Positions 52,559 to 64,000 of a DNA stretch of 64,000 nt are shown one piece after another. The notes beneath the pieces are model-generated. The model searched no databases. It had not been told where the DNA came from and saw only the letters and a list, made by a program, of their open reading frames with translations. The stretch's first letter is position 1, and every line of letters begins with the position of its first letter. The stretch lies in assembly GCF_006345805.1 (NCBI RefSeq), contig NC_043001.1:115506001-115570000 (forward strand), written 5' to 3'. Both the position numbers and the translations under genes were made by a program. This DNA comes from Octopus sinensis. Its lineage: Eukaryota.

Positions 52559-52697
52559 TAATCCATGTATGCATATACACACACAGATGTATACTTGTGC
52601 ATGAATTCCCACATAAACTTTCCCTTTATTTCTAATTTTTATTCTTATCTTATTTATTCTATATTCATTATTTCTGCTGCCTTATCTAATTTTATTA

Positions 52698-54317
52698 CCA
52701 GCTGAAATACCTACTGTTGCCCAGGTTTAAGAAAATAATGAAATTTAAAAATACCTTTTAGATCTCAAACATGAAACATAGACTACACTGGTCTTACCTC
52801 CTAGTAGCTGAGATACCAACTTTATACATTAACAGCCTGCCGTTTCCCAGGTTATTGGAAATAATGAAATTTAAATATGCCTTTTAAATCTCTAACTAAA
52901 GTGAAACCTGGATTATGCAGTTCTCAACAGTAATTAGCTGAGGTACAAACTATTAATGTCAATGACATGTTTTATCCAATGTTTTCACTGTTAGAACTGT
53001 TAAAGACCAGGTAGTTCTTTGTCTTTGCAATCACCTTCAATTATCAGTACTTATTTGAAATGCATTGAACCTGAAAGTGCATAAATTTGAGAAGAACCAG
53101 TCTGCAGGCACTCTCCTCCTGTTAATAAGTACATTTAATAAAAATTCTATGTGATGATGTGAGTATAAACAAATGTATTGAAACAAATCCAGCAATCAGT
53201 CACAGTTTAATTATCTAGAGCTTCTAAATGATGTTTAGAGTGTGTCCTGTAATTGGTGTATAAATGAAAAGATTTTGGGGACTTCCAACCTGCGAACATC
53301 CTACATATAATTGCCCATGCGAGAAGCAAGGTGAAGTTCAACAAGAGAGGCTGTCCTTATTTATTAACATAGTGAAACTTAGTTTCACTGGGAGCTGGAA
53401 CCATTCAAAGGGGATGTCATGTGGGATTAACAGGATCTGTGGAATGAAGACATCCTCACCCTTATAGTTCCTAGTCATAATTATTGCTTCCGGGACATGG
53501 AATCACATCACTTTCACCACCAGTCAGGTGCCATTGCACAGTCGAGGTGATTCCAGATTCCTGAGCAGCATGATTGGGGCCTCCTTTTTAAGTGTTAAGT
53601 GATGAGGTAGCATCTCAGATGGCTGTAGAGCATTCAAGAACTTAGTTTGAAAGACTGTTATTGTCCAGGCAACAGCTACAAGAGATCCCAGTCGATTTTG
53701 TTAATAGCATCATTACATGGTACTAAGATGGCTCGCTCACAGAGCCATTGACTGTTGCTAAAGTTTTGTGCAGTGTTTGGGAGCACATGCATTATGAGAT
53801 CATTGACAGTTGGTACCATCTCACCACAGGCTTTCTGCCCCTCCCCACCAACTTTGGATGATGATAACTTTCAGAAAAATGGATAGTTTTTAATGAAATT
53901 TTTTAATGAATATGTGTTATATCACGTAGATTCCCAACATACAAATTTTGGGGGAAAAGTATTTTGGCAGGGGTTGGAGGAGGACTTTCGGAAAATTCAC
54001 CGGAATCCACTTGAATTTGTCTTAACTTTCAGAAAATGGATATTTTTTAATACAAATATACCTTGAAGTATGTAGATTCCATCCATATAGGATTTGGGAG
54101 GAAAACAATTGGAGATTATTTTTGTGAACTATTCCCCACTGGGGGATGTTTCAGAACAAGTTATCCATATTTGTTTCTGTTTCTCCGTTTTGTGCGTTTG
54201 TGCACCTGTATATAACCCTTAACCCTAGTTGTAAAATTTCAAGAAAAAAATTGAAAAGTTAAGGAGTGGATGAATTAAAAAGTCTAAAAGTAGATTTTTT
54301 GCATATTCTCTTACACA

Positions 54318-54388
<71 letters not shown>

Positions 54389-54509
54389 ACACACTCACAT
54401 AAGTATATATCTTACACAAATAGAAAGCCAGAGAAGAAAATATAAAATGTAAGTGAATTTAGAATTTGTTTTTTATCTGAAATCGTCACAACTGTAATGA
54501 TGTATGCAT

Positions 54510-54565
<56 letters not shown>

Positions 54566-55121
54566 AGCTGTTTACTTAGTTACTATGTTGACATTGACAA
54601 TACAATTAAGTGGAAGTGTTAATAAGTTGATTTGCATCAAGAATAATCACATGGGATTTAAATGTGAAATATCAAGTCTTAATAAAGCCACTTGTTCCCA
54701 AAATGGCCAAAATATGTTTTGGAAAATTAATGTACAGTATATAGTACCTCATTTAATTAAGTTAAAAAATGGTGTCTATCTCCGTATGAAATTATTTTTC
54801 TGACATGAAAGTACCTTTAGAAATTCTTTTTGTCAGAATCATCACAACTGTAATGATGTATACATACATGTGTGTGTAGATATCTAGTTAGGACATCAAA
54901 GACAGGAAGTTCAAGCACAGGAAGTTGAGAAAACGATTTGAACAAGTGAATCTTTTCTATAGAGCAATATTATTCATTTAAAAAAATTAAAAATAAATCA
55001 AGGTTGCATTATTCTTTCCAAGGTCAAATTATTCATGTACCCCAAGTATGGTACAAATTGATTCAGAACTTTGAGAATGCATTGAGGACACACACAGATA
55101 GGGTATTTTTTTTTATTAAGA
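52698..55121 (-). mobile_element. Second Helitron, convergent with the first
   Basis: Minus strand: 5' A|TC at 55122/55121; 3' CCTGGGCAACAGTAGG...CAGCTGG|T at 52698. Helicase remnants LKKEAPIMLLRNL..RLCNGT and GEDVFIP...FSHGQLYVGCS at about 53830-53200. Confidence 0.78.
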
Positions 55122-55479
55122 TATTATATATTTTAATCATCTGCTTTTACTCTTATATAATTTAATTGATTATTATCATTATTATTAAATTTAAATATAA
55201 ATATGAATATTAAACAAGAGCACAAATCTCCACCAAGGCAACACTAACGTCCTCTCAATGATTAACTGGAGAGGATTTTTAAAATGAGAATATCTGAAAT
55301 AAACTCAACTGCTCTCACAAACGAAAATACTAAAAATGAACCTGACTTCTCTCAAAAATTAAGTAAAAAACATGGAAAATTAATCCAGAATCCTTATCCA
55401 CTACCTGATCAATCCCAATGGTAGTCATGGAATGTGACGGTGGGTGTGTGGGGCCATATTTGTAATGTTGCATTCGTGT

Positions 55480-55700
55480 CGTCTGCATTGGGAACAGGAA
55501 CAGTTTTCTCTAGGAAAGCCTTTTTTAGTCTATCCATTAATATAGTGTCTTAATGACCATTAAGGTCTATAGTGAAAAATTTATCCATGCGTGAAAGAAA
55601 ACGGAAAGGACCTGCATACGGTCCTGTTAACGTAGATTTAACAACATCGTTGCGCACAAAAATGTGAGTTCAAGAAGTAACGCTTCCTTCAAGGCAGGGC
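55480..55700 (-). mobile_element. Gypsy integrase C-terminal fragment
   Basis: THIFVRNDVVKSTLTGPYAGPF...FFTIDLNGH*DTILMDRLKKAF; homologous to, but distinct from, the integrase end at 16220-16400. Confidence 0.75.
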
Positions 55701-56169
55701 TAGAAATGCAATTGTCAAGTAGGTAAGAGGTTTTGAATAGGAGCTATATATTCAAAATTGTTAAAACTAAAAATTATCAAGGATAAATTAAATTTATTAT
55801 TGTTACTAAATATTTTAGTGTTATTTAATTTCTGAGCAGTTTTGCTGCCATTTGTTTATGTAGTTTGATTTCTTTGTCCATCAGTTTCTACTAAGATAGA
55901 GATGCGAGTAAAATTAATATTAGAGAAACAAAATAAAACTTTGGAAGCAACAACACTGTCATAACTCATGTGGAAACCATGAGTGTGCTTTCAAGGGAGA
56001 TAATCAGAGAAAGACTTAAAATTCAGCATAAGATCATAATACTTAAGTAAATATAACAAATAATCTAGAATCCTTGTCCAGTACCAAATTGATCCCAAAA
56101 TCTAATCAGTTTATGCCAGTCATGAGGCCGAACATCCATGAAGGTTTCATCTGAATCCATCTGGTTGTT

Positions 56170-57932
56170 CTTGAGATATCTTGTCCACCAGCTTTAATTT
56201 TAGCTTCACTCATGCTAGAAACAAATTTTTCACTGAGATATTTGAATCCTTCACTGTCTACATTCATGGCCGTAACAAAATTCTTAAATAAGCCAAATTT
56301 AATGTGTAAGGGATGAAGGAAAATTTTCTGAAGGTCAACTAAAGGGATATATTTAATGTTGTATCTCCCTGGAGTGAATTCACTTCACTTTGGCCACTGT
56401 TTTTGATTATAGTGATGCTTGTCATCTCTGCTGTTCTAAAGGCACAAAAAGCACTAATGCTTTACATACCCCATTTGCAACCCAAGAAGCAAACCAATAA
56501 CTTTCAAGTCCCTGCATATATTCCACTTGTGTTTAGAATATTTAATCAAGTGCAAAATTTTTTCCATTGATTCATACATCTCCTTTAATCTTACATGCAA
56601 TTCTGTACGCCGTTTTGAAAGTACGAATATTTTATAACATGGTGTAAAAGATTCCATTGTTTCAACCTGGAGCCCAGTAGTTCTGACTTTTCTTTTGTTA
56701 AACCCAAGTCTCGAACTAAATCATTTAACTCAAGTTGACTCAATAAATACGGAACTTTTTTCGAAGATCCTGGTTCATCACAGTGATCTGCAGTATCACT
56801 TGACATGCCTTCAATTGAAGTAGATGCAGTATTTTCTTCATTTAAACTATTTTTCTCAAAAGATGAAGGAGGTTCTGGAATTGGAATATTTTCAGCAGCA
56901 TGAGAAACTGGTCTTAAAGCTGAAGAGCAATCTGGATAAACAAATCTTGGATTTGTTCTTCTTAGAGAAACCTGTGATATTAGTTAAGCAGAAATAACAA
57001 TTGGTATAGTGGTTTGTTGGTTTGCGCATACTTTTCCGTTTATCTTTCAACCATTGGGTTAGAGCTATGTTGCAGCTTTTGCAACAAAGAGGAGGTGCCC
57101 ACAGTTTATCTTGGTCCCCAACTTTGGACCCAAAGTAAAGCTTGTAAGCATTTTAAAATTTCGTTGTAAGCTTATTTCTCTGATCTTTTGATGTAAATTT
57201 TCCACACACGTAACAAAAGCTGTCCACATGATTAGCACAAACTTGTCTCCTCATCATAAATATATACAGAAATAACCTAAATCAACACTCAATGAAGACT
57301 ATCAGTAAACTAAGATATAAAATTAATCAAATGTAAATGTTACTGTAAAGCATCAAAATATATTTCTCAAAAAAATCATTGAAATTATTATAGAATGTAC
57401 TGAAGCTATGGCTATCACGAAACAATTTTTTCCATCTCTAAATTTTAAGCATTGATCACTTTAATAAATAACTAAACTTTCTACTAAACAGCTTTTCATG
57501 TAACCTGGCTCTCTTATTTGATATACTTTGTTTTAACAGCACTAGCAGTTATCAAGGAAAGGTGTCTGAGTGGCTTTCTATAACCTAATATCGATAGCCT
57601 TCTGTGAGGAGAACTTTACTATAATTACAGCAATAACAAAGTAAAATAAATTCTCATCTTGTGTGACAATTTAACAGGTAGCCTACATTTAACCTCTATC
57701 AGCACTTGTTTTTGTTTCCGTGATGAGTATATGAATGAAAATTGAAAGCAAATAGCCTACTACTTTGTCAATATTATCAATTGGTTGGAAAATCTGATGC
57801 TGTGAATAACTAAAAAAGCTACACTTGCTGTCTAAAAACTGATGTCAGATTCAGATTCAGTACCTTAAAATTACCCTAAATCATCTGAAAAAGTTTAAAT
57901 AGCATGACAATTTTCTTTTTTTTTGCCCAATG
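56170..57932 (-). mobile_element. Degenerate DDE-type DNA transposon, tentatively CMC/Chapaev-3-like
   Basis: CANHVDSFCYVCG...YFGSKVGDQDKLWAPPLCCKSC, SQLELNDLVRDLGL..SELLGSRL, KWNICRDLKVIGLLLGLQ, PLHIKFGLFKNFV. Putative terminus CATTGGGCAAAAAA at 57932. Superfamily name is from memory. Confidence 0.7.
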
Positions 57933-57997
57933 ATATTGTTATTAGAAATATTAAATTTCCAAATCTCTCATAGAGATATGTATGGTGGTGGGGCGAT

Positions 57998-58272
57998 AGA
58001 ATGGTTGTATACTGTCAATCTAACGTGAACGTGACAGTAGGGGGTTACACCACCGCTGTTTAGCCCTAGGAAGCATTGATGCTTCCTGATGGCTTCGACA
58101 CATTTTTCCTGTGTCCTTATATACATTTGTCTCCCCTTCGTAAATGTATATAAGGACACAGGAAAAATGTGTCGAAGCCATCAGAAAGCGTCGATGCTTC
58201 CTAGGGCTAAACAGCGGTGGTGTAACCCCCTACTGTCACGTTCATGTTAGATTGACAGTATACAACCATTCT
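57998..58272. repeat. Foldback palindrome: 131-bp arms with a 13-nt spacer
   Basis: Arms 57998-58128 and 58142-58272 differ at 4 positions by my count; spacer gtctccccttcgt. Confidence 0.95.
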
Positions 58273-58584
58273 GATATTGTTATTAGTAATACTGAATTAA
58301 AAAAATGAATGAATATTTTTAACAATGCGTGCACACACACTTACACATAGTAAACATAAATATATATTCTGTGTATAAATTGGATATTCCATCAAATCAC
58401 TATGTAGTCCTTATATTGTCCTTTTATGTAACCTGAAGATTTTCACCAAAGGTATTTAAAATGAAAAATTTATTTATATTTGTATATGTCTTGTAATTTT
58501 GACTTCATGAAATGAAACAATTGTAGTTGATGGTATTGATTAATTAATAAATTCATTTATATCCAATTCATTTCCATTTTCTAA

Positions 58585-58587
58585 TTA

Positions 58588-58650
<63 letters not shown>
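58585..58650. repeat. (ATT)n microsatellite
   Basis: Seen directly. Confidence 0.95.
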
Positions 58651-58666
<16 letters not shown>

Positions 58667-58949
58667 ATATATATAAATAAATAAGGTATTCAGTGATCTG
58701 GATGGTTGTACATACACAAATATTTATTAAAGTGTCGAATGTTTTTACAAATCACATATCAGCACTTTCATCTACTCTAATAGATTTTTCAGATTTAAAT
58801 TTTGTGAAGGGATTTATCTCTTTTTATAGTATTAGTGAATAGGTTGTGGTGGAGAGGGAGAGGGGAGAAAGAAGAGTAATGTGGAGGAAAAGAGGGAGAC
58901 GAATGGGGAGGGAAAAACTGAGAATGTTTGTGCGCAAGCATGCGCACGC

Positions 58950-58996
<47 letters not shown>

Positions 58997-59329
58997 CCTG
59001 TATCTGAAAGGAACCTTTTGAACAAGAGACAAAGAAAAAGAATATATATTTTTAAGTAGGTGGCTAGGACAGATGCTTACTTTGGTTCAGCCAGCTTACC
59101 AGGGGGTCTGAAAGAAAAATGTTTCCAAAGTGAAAAAAATGTGTTTTTTCTTAGTGTCAATGGAAAAGAGAAGGAAAGAAAGGAAGAAAGAAGAAAAAAT
59201 GTGTTTATATCTATACAATTGGTCAGTTCTTTCAATAGATGATGACAAGTTGATTCTTGGTCTGTAAAAATGGCAAGAACAGGTGGTTACTCTAAGTTTT
59301 GTTTTGGGATTTGGTTTGCAAGATTCTTT

Positions 59330-59452
59330 ATATGAGTTCGTGCATAACTCTGGGTGGTTCCTATGTAGAAAAAGACTAATAACTGTTCCAAGTTTCGTTG
59401 CTCTACTGCTATGGGAAGTGGGTCAGGGGCATTACTTATTGAACGCCCCTCG
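59330..59452 (-). mobile_element. Mariner terminal fragment
   Basis: Minus strand TA|CGAGGGGCGTTCAATAAGTAATGCCCC, a mariner-type TIR. Confidence 0.6.
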
Positions 59453-59454
59453 TA

Positions 59455-59787
59455 TGTAGGATTAGCTCTGGCATTACCTGTAGAACTCGAAATGTAGTTT
59501 ACAGCATAAGATGCACAGAAGGTGCTGGTAAAGACGTGAACATGACGTACATAGGGAAGACATCTAGGAGCATTGCAGAACGACTAAATGAACATCTGAG
59601 ACAATATGACGACAGAAAACAGTCCTCCATACTCTACCAACATGCCAAAGACCACCATGGAGGCAACTTGGGTCAACTTGATACCCGCATCTTATCCAAG
59701 CACCCAAAAGACCCAACACTCAGACAAATATGGGAGTACATCCTCATAAATGAAACTTCCCCAATACTAAATAGGAAATATATATAG
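59455..59787 (+). mobile_element. Penelope-like GIY-YIG endonuclease fragment
   Basis: CRTRNVVYSIRC...TYIGKTSRSIAERLNEH...SILYQH..DHH...DPTLRQIWE..I.E..P.LNRK. Confidence 0.85.
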
Positions 59788-59839
59788 TAGATATCATACC
59801 TCCATACCACAGTTTACACAGGTAGAGTAGAATATTTAG

Positions 59840-60420
59840 TGGACTGTTATGTAGATAGATGTGTGTGTGTATGCACGTGTGTTTTCTTTTTTTTTTTGTA
59901 TGTAAGCATATGGGTATGAAAATAAACAGTTCAACATACAGATGGATAGGTACATAGATTATAAGAACAGACAAGCACATATATACAAATAGAGACTGAA
60001 ACACATGACCATATATACACACACACTTTGCTCCACACAAGGACACATATGGAGACACGGGTCCACACATATAGAGATTCATATCCATACATACAAACAC
60101 AGTACAAATTTGCAAAACGCACACACACACACACAGACATGCACACACAAGGAGACAGAGGTGCATACATATACAAACGCACACTCACACACACATACAT
60201 AGAAAATACACAAACACGAACATGCAAGCACATGAATATGCAGAATACATACATACAGATGCACACACACACATACCTACATATATACATATACATACAC
60301 ACACATATATACTTACACACACTTGCATACATGCATACACACATGCATGCATGCATAGGCACTCACACACACACACAGACTGACCCACACACATGTGCAC
60401 AAACAAACAAAAAGGAACTC
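59840..60420. repeat. Degenerate (CA/TA)-rich low-complexity tract
   Basis: Seen directly; source of several spurious ORFs. Confidence 0.9.
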
Positions 60421-60706
60421 AGTGTAAATAACAGACAGTCAAGACTATTGAAAAGGTTGCAAGATGCAACGAAAATTTTAGGAAAATAAAAATAAGAAAT
60501 AAGTGGAAATTTTACCAGTGAGTGTGTTAAATCATAAGGCACAAAAACAAAATGACTCTCCCCAGACACAACAGAATAATGAAAGTTATTTTTCAAAAAA
60601 TTGTCTGGACTTATCATCATCATCATCATCATTGTCCAGTACCAGATTCCCATACTGGTATGGGTTGGAAAATCTATATGCAAGAGTGTTTCTATTTATG
60701 TATATT

Positions 60707-60774
<68 letters not shown>

Positions 60775-61051
60775 CATATATCTTAGGGTTCCAGATGGGT
60801 TTATAAGGAAGTTAATGTGATTTTCATATTTTCAGCCATTCAGTTTGTGGGAGAATTTTGCTATGAAGTGTTGTTCCATATTTTTTCTGAAGATGGTATC
60901 ATTCCTTAGGCATTTATAGAAGGGAAAGATCTTGAATCTTCCTTCTCCACATGTTCCTAAGTGGAATTTTTTGTAGCTCTCTCTCTCTCTCTCTCTCTGT
61001 TGGATATGTTGTCCGTGAATTCTGGCTCAGTCGCATAAAGAATTGCCAGTT

Positions 61052-61290
61052 TCACCTATATAGTTCTTGCATGTGGGACAGGTTATGCAATATATTAAGT
61101 TTTGTGTCTTGCAATTCATGCTTGCATTTGCTTTGAATGTGTGTGACATCGAAGCTTGCAAGTATGGTATTTTCTGGGACAGTATTTGGAATGTGTGTGA
61201 GAAAGTCTATGTCATCCCTTATGTAGCTTGGTATCAGTTGGCATAAAGGTTTGAGGAATACATCTATGAAGTGGCTTAGTTGTTGTGTTG
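61052..61290 (-). mobile_element. Penelope-like RT fragment
   Basis: PTQQLSHFIDVFLKPLCQLIPSYIRDDIDFL...ILASFDVT, matching the PLE RT region up to the first catalytic Asp. Confidence 0.8.
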
Positions 61291-61728
61291 GTGTGTGTAT
61301 GTATATACATAAATAGAAATATTCTTGCATCCAGATTTTCCAACCTATACCAGCATGGGAATCAAGCATTGGACAATGATGATGATAATAAGTCAAGACA
61401 ATTTTTTGAAACCCTACTTAGAGTAACCACCTGGTTTTGCCATTTTTACAGACCAAGAATCAACTTGTCATCATCTATTGAAAGAACTGACCAACTGTAT
61501 AGATATAAACACATTTTTTCTTCTTTCTTTCTTCCTTCCTTTCTTTCCTTCTCTTTTCCATTGACACTAAGAAAAAACACATTTTTTTCACTTTGAAAAC
61601 ATTTTCCTTTCAGAAAACCTGGTAAGCTGGCTGAACCAAAGTAAGCATCTGTCCCAGCCACCTACTTAAAAATATATATTCTTTTACTTTGTCTCTTGTT
61701 CAAAAGGTTCCTTTCAGATACACGAGCG

Positions 61729-61779
<51 letters not shown>

Positions 61780-62221
61780 TTTCTCCCACTGCCTCCCCAT
61801 TTCTCTCCCTCTTTTCCTACCCTATACACTCCACATTACTCTTCTTCCCCCCCCCCTCTCTACTCATTCCCTAATACCATAAAAAGAGATAAATCCCTTC
61901 ACAAAATTTAAATCTGAAAAATCTATTAGAGTAGATTAAAGAGCTTATATGTGATTTGTAAAAACATTCGACACTTAATAAATATTTGTATGTGTACAAC
62001 CATCCAGATCTCTGAAAACCTTTTTTTTTTCTAACATATATATATATTTGATTTGAAAACCCCACTGGAATGGGAGAAAGCGCTAATAATCTGAATGATA
62101 TGATCTGAATGATATGATATATATATGTAAAAAATGTAATATATAAATAAATATCTATAAATATGAACCATCCTATCTTCTGATTACCTCATTTCTTCTA
62201 ATATATATATATATACATATA

Positions 62222-62262
<41 letters not shown>

Positions 62263-63033
62263 TATCATTGTCATTTAACTTACGTTTTCCTTGCGGTAGG
62301 TTGAACAGTTTGACATGGAACTTGCCAACTGGCCAAACTCGAGTCGTTTGTTATGGCTTGGTTTGTACAAGTGAATGTCTTTCCTAATGCCAACCACTTA
62401 ACAGAATGTGTTGGTTGCTTACTATGTGTCATTTGCACCTGGAAGAACAAGACTATGTATGGAAGACGGCAATTTTAATTTGTATGACACTAAAATTTAA
62501 AAAATGCCGAATATTTTCTCAATTACAATCATTGCCTACTTAAAATAGTTACAACAGTTAACATGTCCGAAGGGCTTTTGTCCTATTCTAATTTAAGACT
62601 ATATTAAGACAGAGAATGATGTAAAGGAAATTTGGCTTCTATTTCATGCAGGTTGAGCCACTGTTTAAAGGCTCCCAAATAGCTTTATGTATAATTCATG
62701 TGTAGTTTTTGTTTTATTTAATTGTTGCCAAATACTCAAAGCTTATTTTTATAGTTTCTCTTGTAAAATTTACTTCAGGAAGCCTTTTGTGCAGAGACTA
62801 TTGATAGTCCCTACCAGCAATAGATATGTCACATGAAGAGAGGTTGGTCAACACAAAGAAATTCTCTATCAAAAAGATAATATATCAAAGATAAATGCAT
62901 CATATTCTGATTATAATTGTGAGAATGAATATCATCATCATCTTCATTGTCATTTAACATCCGTTTTCCATGCTGGCATGAGTTGGAAAGTTTGACTGGA
63001 TCTAGCAAGCCAGAAGCTGGCACCAGGCATCAC

Positions 63034-64000
63034 TGTCTGTTTTGGCATGGCTTTACAGCTGGATGCCTTTCCAAACACCAACCACCTTACAAAGTGGACA
63101 CTGCATTTTGCAGGACACCAGCACCAGCAAGGTCTGTTTTGGCATGGTTTTTACAGCTGGATGCTCTTCCTAACACCAACCACCTTACAAAGTGGACAGT
63201 GCATTTTGCAGGACACCAGCACCAGCAAGGTCTGTTTTGGCATGGTTTTTACAGCTGGATGCTCTTCCTAACACCAACCACCTTACAAAGTGGACAGTGC
63301 ATTTGCAGGACACCAGCACCAGCAAGGTCTGTTTTGGCATGGTTTTTACAGCTGGATGCTCTTCCTAACACCAACCACCTTACAAAGTGGACAGTGCATT
63401 TTGCAGGACACCAGCACCAGCAAGGTCTGTTTTGGCATGACTTTTACAGCTGGATGCTCTTCCTAACACCAACCACCTTACAAAGTGGACAGTGCATTTT
63501 GCGGGACACCAGCACCAGCAAGGTCTGTTTTGGCATGGTTTTACAGCTGGATGCTCTTCCTAACACCAACCACCTTACAAAGTGGACAGTGCATTTTGCA
63601 GGACACCAGCACCAGCAAGGTCTGTTTTGGCATGGTTTTTACAGCTGGATGCTCTTCCTAAACCAACCACCTTACAAGTGGAACAGTGGCATTTTGCAGG
63701 ACACCAGCACCAGCAAGGTCTGTTTTGGCATGGTTTTACAGCTGGATGCTCTTCCTAACACCAACCACCTTACAAAGTGGACAGTGCATTTTGCAGGACA
63801 CCAGCACCAGCAAGGTCTGTTTTGGCATGGTTTTACAGCTGGATGCTCTTCCTAACACCAACCACCTTACAAAGTGGACAGTGCATTTTGCAGGGACACC
63901 AGCACCAGCAAGGTCTGTTTTGGCATGACTTTTACAGCTGGATGCTCTTCCTAACAACAACCACCTTACAAAGTGGACCAGTGCATTTTGCGGGACAACC
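63034..64000. repeat. 97-98 bp tandem satellite (about 10 units, runs off the window), derived from the RTE 3' UTR
   Basis: gcaaggtc starts at 63127, 63225, 63322, 63420, 63518, 63615, 63713, 63810 and 63908. Preceded by the RTE tail end at 62935-63035. Confidence 0.95.

Larger units (their letters stand above)
58685..62020. repeat. Long inverted repeat (arms about 58685-59298 and 61415-62020; inner pair 60593-60720 and 61290-61410)
   Basis: The reverse complement of 61415-62020 aligns to 58685-59298 at roughly 90% by eye. Confidence 0.9.

Noticed and set aside
59744-60820. Several Cys/Val- or His/Thr-rich ORFs of 60-153 aa
   Set aside because: Translations of (CA/TG)n low-complexity DNA.
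62947-63855. 302-aa ORF, and a possible CRISPR-like array
   Set aside because: The ORF is frame-wandering translation of the 97-98 bp satellite. Units are contiguous with no unique spacers, there are no cas genes, and the DNA is eukaryotic.

Overview
Eukaryotic, AT-rich, repeat-saturated genomic DNA. The repeat families (tRNA-derived SINEs, RTE LINEs with (GAT)n tails, Penelope, Helitron, mariner) look like those of Octopus; the species is an inference. The only host gene I can support is four symmetric phase-1 exons on + (953-1258, 14448-14768, 39152-39406, 43245-43496). They splice into one open 378-codon run of four Ig-like domains; the start and end of the gene were not found. The rest is intronic transposon debris: many RTE copies, a decayed but unframeshifted Ty3/gypsy element with a SINE in its RNase H, two mariners, a Tigger-like MITE, Penelope fragments, two convergent Helitrons, a Chapaev-like transposon and a 97-98 bp satellite. 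Most notable observations: (1) a TSD-flanked chimera of a SINE 3' half and an inverted HR3/ROR nuclear-receptor LBD fragment, with twin-priming geometry and its empty site visible elsewhere in the window; (2) a fossil inverted duplication (about 44.1-58.5 kb) whose arms show each other's pre-insertion sites; (3) two locally templated repair-like insertions, one a 131-bp foldback; (4) a tRNA-headed element carrying a minimal hammerhead ribozyme; (5) a C4HC3 PHD finger inside the RT of the RTE family. All alignments were done by eye. Coordinates of degenerate repeats are approximate (tens of bp).
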